Positions 1 through 11,873 are shown, counted from the first letter of the stretch. The stretch: 64,000 bases of DNA from Octopus sinensis (GCF_006345805.1 NC_042998.1:85622001-85686000); one strand, 5' to 3'. Notes: generated by a model not told the origin, from the sequence alone. Translations and numbers: made by a program.

Positions 1-39
1 TACTGGCTAAAAATTCTTCCAGGTGAATTTTTATATGCT

Positions 40-1092
40 CTTCATTGTTTAAAGTGTGTCCATTTAATAAATTTTTAAGAGACCAAAACAGGTGGAAATC
101 TAAAGGTACAAAGATGGGTGAATATAAAGGATGTGGCAAAACTTCTCAGTCAAGCTTCAGTTACTTCTGCTGCATCTGTGAAGAAGTGTATGGTCTGGCA
201 TTGTTGTGATGAAAAACAATACCTTTATGATTAGCCCGTACTGGATGCTTTGCTGGACCACTGCGTTTAATTAGTCCAGCTGGTCACAGCACATATCTGA
301 ATTGATGGTCCTGTCTGTAAAGAAGCTTGTAAAAAAACAACACTTTTTCAGTCCCACCAAATTAAAGCACAACCTTCTTTTGGTGAAGTCATCCTTGGTT
401 GTTTGTGGTGTTTCATCCCATGTCACCATTCTCATAAAAAAAAAAAAAATCATCATTTAATGTCTGTTATCCATAGGTTGGTTGGTTGGTTGGTTTGACT
501 GGAGATGATAAGCCAAAGTGCAGCACCAGGCTCCAGTCTGCTTTGACTTGATTTCTATAGCTGAATGCCTTTCCTAATGCCATGCAGATGGAAATCCATT
601 GGGTAAGATTAGCCTTATTCAACTGATGTGGGACCCAAACACAGAACCTACTGATGGTTTTCACTACTTGATTTGATTATTTGGGGAATATATGGATTAT
701 CCTGGTCATTTGACCAGGGGCTGGTGTTGTTAATCACAGTTGGCTGGCCAGAGTGAGGTGCATTTTGAACTGAAAAATTTCTCAATCGAAATTTTAGGAA
801 CCACTTCTGGCACACTAATTTTGTAATAGCAAGTCTTACTGCAGGTTTGTGCTGTTTTCTTGCCATTTTAAAAATGAAAGGCATGAGGTATCAATAATTT
901 TTATTTTTGTCCTTCATTTTCAAGATAATCCCAAGTACAAAAAATATTTGTCTCATCACAAGTTTGCATCTATGTTGAAGTGTCAAGTATCTCACAAGTA
1001 TGCATGTGCAAGGGACAGACTGAAGTTATTTATTAGAGTGTTTGAAGTTTAATGTCAATAAAAATTGACCAAACTTTTTGACCAATCCAATA
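40..1092 (-). mobile_element. Decayed mariner element interrupted by an RTE-tail repeat (448-581)
   Basis: WVPHQL, RMVTWDE, RTINSD..CDQL and NARP fragments; TIR-like TATTGGATTGGTCAAAAAGTTTGG ending at 1092. Confidence 0.7.
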
Positions 1093-1536
1093 AATCAAAA
1101 AAAGTTTGATGGGAAGTTTTAATTTTGATCACTTTAAAATGGGGGAATTTGTAATATAGAACCAAGAGTAGATTAAGATGGGTTGTTGTTAAAACGGCTA
1201 AATTGGTTATATCCCTCACAACAGATGTCTTCTTATATGTACCTAATAAATCATAACATCAAATTGATGACATTGCAAGAATATGTTAATGAAGTATGCA
1301 AATGTGTCTTTAACATTTAACTATTGCATTTTATTTCATTTGCAAGATTCTTTGTGAGTTGGTGTGTTGAAGCATATTCTGTTGTGTCTGGGGAGTCAAT
1401 TATAAGGCACAAAAAGAAAATGACTCTCCCCAGACACAACAGAATATTGCATTTTAGATTTTCTTTCATGCTCTCAAAATAAAAATGTCTCTTCTCTCAA
1501 AGGGAATCAAACCTAATTTTATTTCTCTTCTTTCAG

Positions 1537-1626
1537 GGAATGTCAGAGGAAATGTTTGCCAACATCAGCAACATGCTTCCAAGTATTTTCCGACTATCTA
1601 ATCCGCTTGTTGTGAAATCAGTATAA
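1537..1626 (+). CDS. Probable last coding exon of an unidentified convergent gene (GMSEEMFANISNMLPSIFRLSNPLVVKSV*)
   Basis: Long pyrimidine tract plus TTTCAG acceptor at 1536, protein-like 29-codon frame, TAA stop. Upstream exons lie outside the window; protein not recognised. Confidence 0.6.
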   Translation, partial: GMSEEMFANISNMLPSIFRLSNPLVVKSV

Positions 1627-2398
1627 CTTTAGTCCTTTATTAATATTATTGTTATAATAATAACTGTAACATAAGTGCTAAGCTCTTGGTAAACTCAGTC
1701 CACATGCTAGTTTTGCTTCTTGGTTGAAGCTATTTTACTTTACGCTCATGTCATTTAAAGCACGAGCATCACACAACCTCAGTGTCTTTCCCTAAAAATT
1801 TGAGGTCATGTGTCTATTATTGCAATCAGTATCATTGTAATGATTGTGAAAACAAAAGATTAGCTCCCCAAGCTGAGTTTGCAAGCCAGTTTCAGTTCCC
1901 AGATCATTTACACAGCCTTTGGATAAATGGAAGAATGACATGACTTCATATTTGCCTTTATATCAAATGAAAAAGAAATGAATATTATAGTAATTAATAA
2001 TACATCTAAATTGTTTGCTGTAATATTTGGGTCGAAATTAAAATTATTTTAATTGTATTTCTAGTAATTGTAAATCTCAATTTCTCCTAATTTTCACTTG
2101 TATTACTTTCTCAGTAATTTTTATGTCTATTGTACTATGTATTTTTTTTCTTTTATGAAGAGCTAAAACTAACAAATTCCAGAAAAATGTTGCAAAACCT
2201 ATAGCCTCCTTGAAAAGATGTAATTTTATGAACAACTAGACTACCTATGACCCATTGGGTCACGGACAGTTCAGGTTATAAAACATTGAAGCTGATTTCA
2301 CCGTTGCATTGAAATGAAAGTTTATTTTATGACAATTCAGTTAAATACTGTCGTATATATGTATATATATATGTATGTGCATGTGTGTGTATATGTTT

Positions 2399-2601
2399 GT
2401 GTGTCTGTGTTTGTCCCTCTAGCATTACTTGACAACCGATGCTGGTGTGTTTACGTCCCCGTCACTTAGCGGTTCGGCAAAAGAGACCGATAGAATAAGT
2501 ACTGGGCTTACAAAGAATAAGTCCCGGGGTCGATTTGCTCGATTAAAGGCGGTGCTCTAGCATGGCCGCAGTCAAATGACTGAAACAAGTAAACGAGTAA
2601 A
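2399..2601 (+). mobile_element. SINE family A 3' half; other copies approx. 31385-31590, 32530-32735, 43925-44095, 44870-44985, 61205-61370 (all minus)
   Basis: Recurrent CTTGACAACCGATGCTGGTGTGTTTACGTCCCCG...GCATGGCCGCAGTCAAATGACTGAAACAAGTAAA. Confidence 0.85.
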
Positions 2602-2652
2602 TATTTCAATTCATTTGTGTCATCACAAATCTGGTTTACAAATTCATATTTA

Positions 2653-2830
2653 AAGCATCCAATTCATGATCTCTCCTGCTTCTGACTCTTTCCCTCTGTT
2701 CCACCAGACTCTCAGCTTTCCAAGCATCCAGTTCATGATCTCTCCCACCTCTGCCCCTCCAGACTCAGTTCCCCAAGCATCCCATTCATGAGCTCTCCTG
2801 CTTGTCTCTTTCCCCCTGTTCCACCAGATG
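2653..2830. repeat. Imperfect tandem repeat, 3 units of ~53-69 nt
   Basis: Units start AAGCATCC.ATTCATGA.CTCTCC at 2653, 2722 and 2775. Confidence 0.75.
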
Positions 2831-5800
2831 CTCAACCCTTCCTTTATCAGTCTCATCGATCCTTCTATTCGCATGCCTGTCCCAATCTTCTTGGTGTTCT
2901 CCACTATCTTGCTCACCTTCTTTGGCTCTTCTTAGCCATGCTCTTCTCACTATCTTATTTTTCAATCCCACCAGATGTTTTCTTTCTTCCTCATGAATAG
3001 AAAATCATATTCACCTTAGAAAAAAAAATTCCTATTACCTCAAAAAATATTTTTTTTCCAATCATCACTTAATATTTTAAAAATATGTCTGTTTAAAGAA
3101 ATCTGAAATACAAATACTCACTGTACAAACAATTTGTATTTTTTAGGGTTGTTACTTTCAGAGTATTTTCTCATTATGCACAGTTTTGGCTATTTATGAA
3201 GGTTACCCCCCCCCCCCCCCCCCCGCAAGATAATGCATACCTCAGAAATCCATGGTCCAATTTATGTGCAACTTGTTTTATTCCATTTGTATTCACATTT
3301 CAAGGGTACCTTTCAGAGTATTTTCCTATTATGCACCAGTTTGGCTATATTAAATTCGACAAGCAATCACAGCATTTTAGTAGTATATAAGATATCAGCT
3401 ATCTAGGTTCAAAACTAAGGCCTACAACATGAAATATGCATTCACTTTTGTATATTAAGAGGTCTAATACCATTTACTTGAGATATATTTGTATTATAAT
3501 AATCATGTATTTATCTTACAAATGACCAATTGTTGGACTGGCAGAATTGGTAGAGCATTTGAAAAAAAAAAAATGCCTTGCAACACTGAGGTGCCAGTCA
3601 ACTATGTCCTTCTCTTAAATTCGCTGGCCTTATATCTCGATTAGAATATGTAAAATTGTTGGGATGGCAGAAATGTTGATGCGTCAGACATGTCACCTGT
3701 ATTTTACATTTCTGATTCTAATTTCAGTGAGGTCAGCTTTAACCTTTTGTCACTCTGGGGTGTCAATAAAATAAAGTACTGGGTGGTGGGTATACATCAC
3801 TAATTCAACAAGTCTTTAGAATAAATTACAAATATCCCACTCTCACTTCCAAACATTTCAAAGTTATAGCACCATGGACATTAACATTTCATTATTTGAT
3901 GTTGGCTTAGGTTGGATAGTTTGACAAGATCCACTGGACTCAAGGATTGTGTTGTACTCCAGTATCTGCTTTGGTAATGGCTTCTATAGCTGGACACCCT
4001 TCAAACATCAACCACTGAGTTTTTTTTTTTTTTAGCACTAGCACATTTGCCATGCAGTTTGCATGATTATGAATCTGAGGGTAAAGCTTTATACAAGGAG
4101 ATCAGGGGTAAAAGTATGAGAAGCGTCCAGAGCAGAACAAGTTTCTTTTTGTTGAGGAGCTACATGGCTACTTAAATTTTAGATGATAGAGTAGGGGCAT
4201 GGTTGGGTAGAGCTAGGAGATCAAAATAAGAGTTATAAGGTGGGTAGAAGTAGGTTGGACAGAAGGACCCAGAAATGGAAGTGAATTGAGAGAGAAAAAA
4301 AAACAAAAAAAAACAAAGAAAAGTTTGTTTCCAAGCCATGTACTCTGTTCAAATCCATTTTACAGCACTTCACACAACTGTTTTTTTCCATAGCCACAGA
4401 CTGAAATTTGATAGACAGGAACTGCCATAGCTCTTCATACATATGCTTAGTGTGTGTATGTCTGTAGCTGGTGTAAATATCCTGAAAACTTTGTTGATAA
4501 AAATCAAGTAATTCTGGATTCAGTATATTTATTTACTAAAATCCTTGAAAAAGTTGGTGGTCCTGTATGTATGCAACCCTATAATAAACCAGTGAAAGAA
4601 TTTCTTCTATTAATACTAGTACTTTAAAGAAAAAATATAATAAACAAATATAAAATTATTTATACTCTTTATTTGTTAAAGTCAGATGATCACTGCATTA
4701 ACATGCATGCTACAGTTCATGAAATTTCTTTTAGCAAACTTTTCTTTTTGGTACTGTTAAGATGTAGGTAAGAGATTTATTTTATTTGTTACCACTTCAG
4801 CAAATAATGCTGGAATGTAGAGAGATTGAATTTTATAGGTTTTTTTTTTTTAATTTAAGAATTGTACTTGATGTCAGAGGATATTTGTTCATATCTTAGT
4901 CTGTTTATTAAGATTAGTTTGTAAATGGTCAAGAGGCAGTATGAAATATTAACAAAGAAAATATATTATTTCACAGTAGCCAGTTTTATTTTTTTTTCTC
5001 TCTAAAAAATCAAAATTTAATCTTGGATGATTGAAAATTTAGGATTTTGAATATGTCATAACATTTAGGTTTCTTTCACCATCTAGAATTTACCATGGCA
5101 AAACAAATTGCCCCAAGTCATTCCTTTAAATATAGATTTGAATTCAAGCATCTTGATAGTTTGTAATCCACTTATGAAATATGGTTACCATGAAAACTTA
5201 AATAAATGATATTTTTAATTTCAATAAGCATCTTGAGAAACCCCCATCAATAAAGTAGTTTTACAGTATATTCAATTTGTGCATCAGTGATTTTTACCTC
5301 TGACCCCCACCCTTTTTTTCTATTAAATGAAAAAATAATTTATAAATTATGAAAACACTACTTTTCTTACTTGCCATAAATAGAATTTTGCTATAAAAAT
5401 CTCCCTCCCCATTTATTTTCAGCCAAAAATATCTGGTAACACTATAGAATCGATCTTGTGTTTAGTAAATTCCTCAGTTGAAAGAATTTGACTAATGCAG
5501 TCAAAATGGTATTTAGAAGCAGAATGTTTAGTGAAAGGAAGAAAAGGAGAACAAGAAAAAAAAAGCATTGTTCAATGATTTTCTATGACTGGAATATTCA
5601 GTTCTGAAGCAGAAGTAAATTTAAAATCAAATAGAAAAAAAACAATATCACTAAGGAGAACTATCACAGAATTTTTATGAATTTCCAACCATTGATAAGT
5701 CACACCTAGAAATACACTTGATAAATTAAGGCAGAGGTGATCGTTCAACTGTGGCCCTTTTTTCCAAGAACCAGCTAGTCCACACATGAGCAAACTCACA

Positions 5801-8073
5801 TGCACACAATATGATCAGGTCTGTGAAATTTGTAAAGGAGCTTAAGACTACACACTACTAGGGAGAAACAAATTGAAGGAGGATTGTGACAGAAATAAAC
5901 TTCAGAACTGAAAAATGGAAAACAAGAAATTTACTTGTCTTGTAATTTGATTTATCTATTCTGAACTAGTAATAGACAAATATTGTCTAGATAAGACCAA
6001 GACATGCTTATAGTCTGTTCCATAAGCATGAAAAGAAGACAGTTTAAAGTAACAATGTGGAAGAAAATAGAAAAAACATATCTTACAAAAAAAAAAAAAT
6101 TGAGGTAATTTCATAAATTCTTCTCAAAAATGTTACTAAGCAAAAACTTGATCCTCAAAATTCAATTTCTTAATCTTCATTATCTTTTTAAAAGAAACAT
6201 TATTACACCATGGTCCAAACTTAATGCAAAATTGGAAATTTAACAAGGGAAAATTGTTTCCATATTTTAAAATATGGATAAACCAAGAATTTCTAAATTG
6301 AAATAGTCCAGACGTCATGAACTTCAACTGAACTAAAAGTAACAACTTCCTTAAAATTAAAATGTTAAAAATAAATTACAAAGAAAATTACATGATTATA
6401 AAATATTTTTTTAAAATGTTTGTAAGTGAATTCTTAGTGAATTTTGCTCTAAACTAAAACTGTTTTATTATATTGCAACCAGACTGAGTATAAAGTGAAC
6501 AGCCCAGCTAACAGTGAGACTCAGAATAGACTGTCAACTTTGATAAATATATATCTATCCACTCTACCCAGCATATACCAGATAATGTTTACATTATGTA
6601 AAATATATGGAAATATTCTACAACTGTTACTTTATGTATCCAAGTACAAATAATGTGTGCACCTCAAATGTAAAGCTAATTTTTAAGTGATTTCATTTTA
6701 CACTATGAAAACACTTATATTCAAATAGTTTTATCTCCAATACCTAACTGACAGGAGCACAGTTTACATCTAACCAAATAACAATGCCTGAAACAATTGA
6801 GATAAGGCAACTGCAGCTGTCTTATTGCAGTATTCAGGTAGAAAATATTACTACAGTAAGTTCTTATAGACTAGTTCCAGTACCTTGTGCATCAACTTGA
6901 ATCAAGAATGATTAAGTCAATCACAGTTTCTTTTTAAACCTTCCCACTTAGAAAAGTGATAAAGCTTTTTAGCTTCAGTGAAGTTAATATTTCAAATTTA
7001 GCCACATATGACTGCATGATGATAGAAAAATAACCCAAGTGGAATTTTGAGATCATGGTTGTGATAAATCCTGTTCTTCTATAGTCCCCCTACATGAAGG
7101 GAAATTTGTATTAATATTGTAGGTTAATTTTTAAATGAAATTCCATTCATAGATATGTGTGAATTATTTCCTCCCATACCACTTGATTATGCCAAACAAA
7201 ATGTTTAGATCTTGAAAATTTACTTCATAATAGAGAATGTTGCAAACAAATGTTACCCTATGTGTGGGTTTTTTTTTTATATAATTTTTACAAAATATGA
7301 AGGCATGATGAAATTAGATCCCACCACCCTTTTTTAGGTAATTGATCAATGAATTTTAATAACTGATGATATTTATCATAATTTTTTTTATGAGGATTTT
7401 GTCAAGACGATACTATTTTGATTTTAAGTAAATAAAAAGAATAGGGGATTATTCTAAATTTTAAGCAGTAGTACATGTCCCCAAAGTTGGCATAAAGCAT
7501 ACAAAGCAAAACAAAATGACCTTATTTACAAATTAACCAACATAACATGTAATGATGTAAAATTTTACTTATACTAACCTGTACTAAAACAAAAGATAAA
7601 TTTCCTTAAGATAAAATTCAGAAATAAAGATGAACCCCTCACCCACAAATACTTCCTAAGAGATATCTATACAAAACTAATTAGAACAACTTACAGAGAT
7701 GCCAAGAATATTTCCATTAATTAATTTGAAGTGGTTAATTTGATATTAATAGCTACTAGAATTAAATGACAAATGTTTATAGTATTAAAAAAGAAAAATA
7801 TGTATCTGAACATTTAGAAGCCTATTATTATTAGAGAGGAAGGAGTGAAAATGAGCAAAAATAAAGAGTTAATTCAGAATATCTAATGTTTCCAGTAAGA
7901 CAGTCTCAGTTTAAATCAGAGCACTCTGCAGCAGCACTGGCCAGTCCATCACTATCTCAATATACACTGGAAGACTTTAAAAAAATGAGAAAAAGTAAAA
8001 ATAAAAAAGAAAACAGTTCTTTAGAAACAAAAATAAATTTTAAGAGTCACCACACATGAAAGAATTATTAGTA

Positions 8074-8079
8074 TTTATT
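8074..8079 (-). terminator. Candidate polyadenylation signal AATAAA for PDI
   Basis: AATAAA on the minus strand ~400 nt after the stop. The region is AT-rich and other candidates exist. Confidence 0.25.
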
Positions 8080-8480
8080 ATCTTTCCCCCTTTTTTTCTA
8101 TTTTTTTAAATGTTTGTTACAAAAAAGCTTGTTTAAATTTGTTTAGTTAAGAGTCAAGTTGTCCTTTTACTCATGTTAAACATGAGTGCACAAAATAAAA
8201 TTAGATTCCAAATGCTGTTATTGCAGCATTTAAGAATAGGATTTTTGAGAAAGGGTTCATATCTCTGGGCTGAAAGATTTGGAAATAGATGAGTTTGAGA
8301 GAGAGAGAAAGTGTGTGTGAAATGCAAATAGTGATGGACAGTAGTAGCCTAAAATGTCCGATGAATGGCCATCGCTGCTGCAGCAACATGGTAGCCAAGC
8401 CAATTGGCCAAGAGAAACCATTGTTGCACAGGAAAAGATGAAATAAGAAATGATCACAAAAATGTGATATAATAATAATT

Positions 8481-8546
8481 TTATAATTCTGAATGTTTGT
8501 GTTCATCTTCCTCCTCCTCCTCTTCTTCTTCTGCTGTTTCACTCTC
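8481..8546 (-). CDS. P4HB: PDI exon 11 coding part (ESETAEEEEEEEEDEHKHSEL*)
   Basis: TTACAG acceptor, acidic run, KDEL-like HSEL, TAA at 8483-8481. Confidence 0.88.
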   Translation of the reverse strand, partial: ESETAEEEEEEEEDEHKHSEL

Positions 8547-9167
8547 CTGTAAGTAAAAAAGAATATAGAAAGTTATGTTAAATCTTATTTTAAAAAGGAA
8601 ATTATATAAAAAAAAATAGGACAGGTAAAATATTTAATTATCTGAATTTGTAAATTTAAGAAAAAAAATAAATGAAGAAAGAAAAAAGGCATCCCTCTGC
8701 ACTACCCATACTATATGGGAAGATGGAAATAAATTAGAAATCGTAGAATAGCTTCAAACATACAAAGGGTATAATGAAAAATCTTGAGCCTCAAAAAAAA
8801 AAAAAAAAAAAAAAAAGCATGGTACAAGACTCAAAACTTTTCATACACCCCTCATATACCACATGACCTTTTGTTTGATGCTATTCATCACTCTTAATAA
8901 TTGTTTCTAATTTGAGACAAGGCCTGAAATTTTGGGGGTAGAAGCAAGTTGATTAAACCACCCTCCAGTGCTTCAACCTATACTTTACTTCATCAGCCCA
9001 CAAAAAATGAAAGGTAAAGTTTACCTCGGTGTGATTTGGACTCAGAACAAAGTACCATGATTAAATATAGCAAGGCATTTAGTTTCACTTTAACAACACT
9101 GTCAGAAGGTTATATATATATTTTTTTTTAGATTAAAATTAAATTCTGAAAGAAATAATGTATTTAC

Positions 9168-9248
9168 CAATTCAGCTCCCTCTTTTCCACCACTTTCTAA
9201 GAATTTAATAAAACTCTCCAATGTTCTGGCACCATTATAATCTATTAC
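9168..9248 (-). CDS. P4HB: PDI exon 10 (VIDYNGARTLESFIKFLESGGKEGAEL)
   Basis: Translated by hand. TTTTTAG acceptor, DYNG.RT..F.KFLESGG motif, TTG|GTAAAT donor. Confidence 0.92.
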
Positions 9249-9841
9249 CTAAAAACAAGAAATAAAGACATTTATTAAAATGAATTCTATTAACAGAAAG
9301 AATTTCTTTTCTTGATCGAGAGAAATATTTAATAAACAAGGATATGGAGATATAGCAGAGATGTAGGGAAGTTTGCTTCACAAACATGGGTTTATCTTCA
9401 GTCCCATTGCATGGCACCTTAGGCAAGTGTATGATAGTTGGAAACAAATATCACTGTCATAAAAGCAATGTCATTCATTTGCAATCTTCCTTGAAAATAT
9501 ATTCAATCATTGTAGTATTCTTATTCAAATGACTAAGATGACATTATCTGGCTTAGAAAGAAGGTTTCTTGAATAAATTTTATCTCGCACTTGCAAACAT
9601 GGAAAAATGGATGTTGAATCAATGATTTTTACACACACATGCACATATGCAAGCATGGCACCTTAAGTGTCTACTATAGCCTCAAGTGAAATATGGTAAA
9701 CAGAAATTGTACAGAAGCTGTGTATGCACACATGCAGGCATGATTACTGCCATGTGACTTCAGAGATTACCTGGACGGCAGTAACTTTAGTGTCTTGAAG
9801 CTTAGTACAATGTGTGAAAAACCATTGGAATGAAATCCAGT

Positions 9842-11873
9842 ATCATCATCATCATCATCATCATCGTTTAGCGTCCGTTTTCCATGCTAGCATGGGTTGG
9901 ACGGTTCTACTGGGGTCTGTGAAGCCAGAAGGCTTCATCAGGCCCAGTCAAATCTGGCAGTGTTTCTACGGCTGGATGCCCTTCCTAACGCCAACCACTC
10001 CGTGAGTGTAGTGGGTGCTTTTTACGTGCCACCCGCACTGGTGCCAGACAGAGCTGGCAAACGGCCACGAACGGATGGTGCTTTTTATGTGCCACCGGCA
10101 CGAGGGCCAGGCGAGGCTGGCAACGGACACGAAACGGGGCGGTGCTGGCAACGGTCGCGAAACGGAAAGTTCTCTTACATGCCACCGGCACTGGTAACAC
10201 ATCTGCAATTTCCATTGATCGATTTCGATTCTGATCGTCACTTGCCTCAACGGGTCTTCACAAGCAGAGTTTTGACATGCCACCGGCACTGGTAGCACAT
10301 CCGCAATTTCCATTGATCGATTTCGATTCTGATCCTCACTTGCCTCATCACGTCTTCACAAGTAGAGTTTTGTGTCCCAAGAAGGGAAGGTATGCATACG
10401 TAGGCTGGCTCCATCCCATGTAGAAGGCCACGGGTTATGGACTCACTTGTCCTGCCGGGTCTTCTCGCGCACAGCACACTTCCAGAGGTCTCGGTCTCTA
10501 GTCATTTCCTCAGTGAGACCTAAAGTTCGAAGGTCGTGCTTCACCACCTCGTCCCAGGTTTTCCTGGGTCTGCCTCTTCCACAGGTTCCCTCAACCGCTA
10601 GGGTGTGGCACTTTTTCACACAACTATCTTCATCCATTCTCGCCACATGACCATACCAGCGCAAACGTCTCTCTTGCACACCACAACTGATGCTTCTTCG
10701 GTCCAGCTTTTCTCTCAAGGTACTTACACTCTGCCGAGTGTGAGTACCGGCATTACACATCCATCGGAGCATACTGGCTTCATTTCTAGCGAGCTTACGC
10801 ATATCCTCAGCAGTCACGGCCCATGTTTCACTGCCATGTAGCATGGCTGTTCGTACACACGCATCATACAGTCTGCCTTTCACTCTGTGCGAGAGGCCTT
10901 TTGTCACCAGCAGAGGTAAGAGCTCTCTGAACTTTGCCCAGGCTATTCTTACTCTAGCAGTTACACTTTCAGCACACCCGCCCCCGCTGCTGACTTGGTC
11001 ACCTAGGTAACGGAAACTATCAACTATTTCTAGTTTTTCTCCCTGGAAAGTGACGGAAGTTGGTCTCAGAGCATTTTCAGTGTTTATTGTTCCTGAGCAT
11101 CTGCCACATACAAAAACCATCTTCCTAGTTAGCCTTCCTTTGACATTGCTGCATCTCTTATGTGTCCATAGATTACACTTGGTGCATCTTATAGAGTTTC
11201 TACCTACACCTTTTCTACAGATCGAGCAGGGCCATCTACCTGAAGGTGTTTGTGATTTGTCTACCTTCCTACTGATTACGACTTTGGTTTTAGCTAGATT
11301 GACTCTGAGGCCCTTCGATTCTAATCCTTGTTTCCACACCTGAAACTTCTCCTCCAGTTCTGATAGCGACTCAGCAATTAGAGCAAGGTCATCAGCATAG
11401 AGGAGCTCCCAAGGGCATCCTGTCTTGAATTCCTCCGTTATTGCCTGGAGGACTATGATAAATAGGAGGGGGCTGAGTACTGAGCCTTGGTGGACTCCTA
11501 CCTCTACCCGGAATTCTTCACTGTACACATTTCCAACCCTCACCCTACTAGCGGCGTCCCTGTACATGGCCCGCACAGCTCTCACTAACCATTCATCTAT
11601 CCCTAGTTTCCTCATTGCCCACCAGATAAGGGATCGGGGGACCCTGTCGAAGGCTTTCTCCATGTCAACAAAAGCCAGGTACAGGGGCTTATCTTTGGCT
11701 AGGTATTTCTCCTGCAGCTGCCTTACCAGGAATATAGCATCAGTAGTACTTTTCCCTGGCACAAACCCAAACTGCATCTCATCTAAACTAACTCTCTCTC
11801 TAATTAGTTGGGCTATGACCCTCTCCGTAACCTTCATCACCTGGTCCAACAGCTTGATACCTCTGTAGTTATT
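9842..11873 (-). mobile_element. RTE-clade LINE, 5'-truncated, young, in PDI intron 9 (sense to PDI)
   Basis: Uninterrupted frame 11849-10443 with QFGF, DMEKAFD, GVHQGSVLSPLLF, YADD and C-terminal RWYGHVARM...GRGRPRKTW, then a ~580-nt 3' UTR and (GAT)n tail. Confidence 0.95.
10443..11849 (-). CDS. RTE LINE ORF fragment: reverse transcriptase with PHD-like C4HC3 finger (468 aa, no endonuclease domain, 5'-truncated)
   Basis: RT motifs as above; C208-C211, C222-C225, H230-C233, C248-C251. The track start is TTG, not the true initiator. Confidence 0.88.
   Translation of the reverse strand: MDQVMKVTERVIAQLIRERVSLDEMQFGFVPGKSTTDAIFLVRQLQEKYLAKDKPLYLAFVDMEKAFDRVPRSLIWWAMRKLGIDEWLVRAVRAMYRDAASRVRVGNVYSEEFRVEVGVHQGSVLSPLLFIIVLQAITEEFKTGCPWELLYADDLALIAESLSELEEKFQVWKQGLESKGLRVNLAKTKVVISRKVDKSQTPSGRWPCSICRKGVGRNSIRCTKCNLWTHKRCSNVKGRLTRKMVFVCGRCSGTINTENALRPTSVTFQGEKLEIVDSFRYLGDQVSSGGGCAESVTARVRIAWAKFRELLPLLVTKGLSHRVKGRLYDACVRTAMLHGSETWAVTAEDMRKLARNEASMLRWMCNAGTHTRQSVSTLREKLDRRSISCGVQERRLRWYGHVARMDEDSCVKKCHTLAVEGTCGRGRPRKTWDEVVKHDLRTLGLTEEMTRDRDLWKCAVREKTRQDK

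Noticed and set aside
1-24. Upstream exon with donor CAG|GTGAAT joining to 1537
   Set aside because: The frame needed for the protein-like terminal exon contains TAA at 8-10.
8201-8542. 113-aa and 66-aa minus-strand ORFs near the PDI end
   Set aside because: They are alternative frames over exon 11 and the 3' UTR.
9925-9950. CTGATGA-AGCC-TTCT-GGCT on the minus strand of the RTE tail, as a hammerhead
   Set aside because: No GAAA follows, and older copies read CTGGTGCAGCC, so the core is a chance substitution.
9990-10300. Spaced repeat modules as a CRISPR-like array
   Set aside because: They are imperfect modules inside a eukaryotic LINE UTR, with related spacers and no cas genes.
9897-10650. 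Overlapping 60-132 aa ORFs, repeated at 22835-23251, 23577-24302, 53301-53797 and 56858-57267
   Set aside because: They are chance frames in the GC-richer RTE 3' UTR. They recur only because the repeat recurs.
10605-11868. Plus-strand ORFs of 78-147 aa
   Set aside because: They are antisense shadows of the RT frame.
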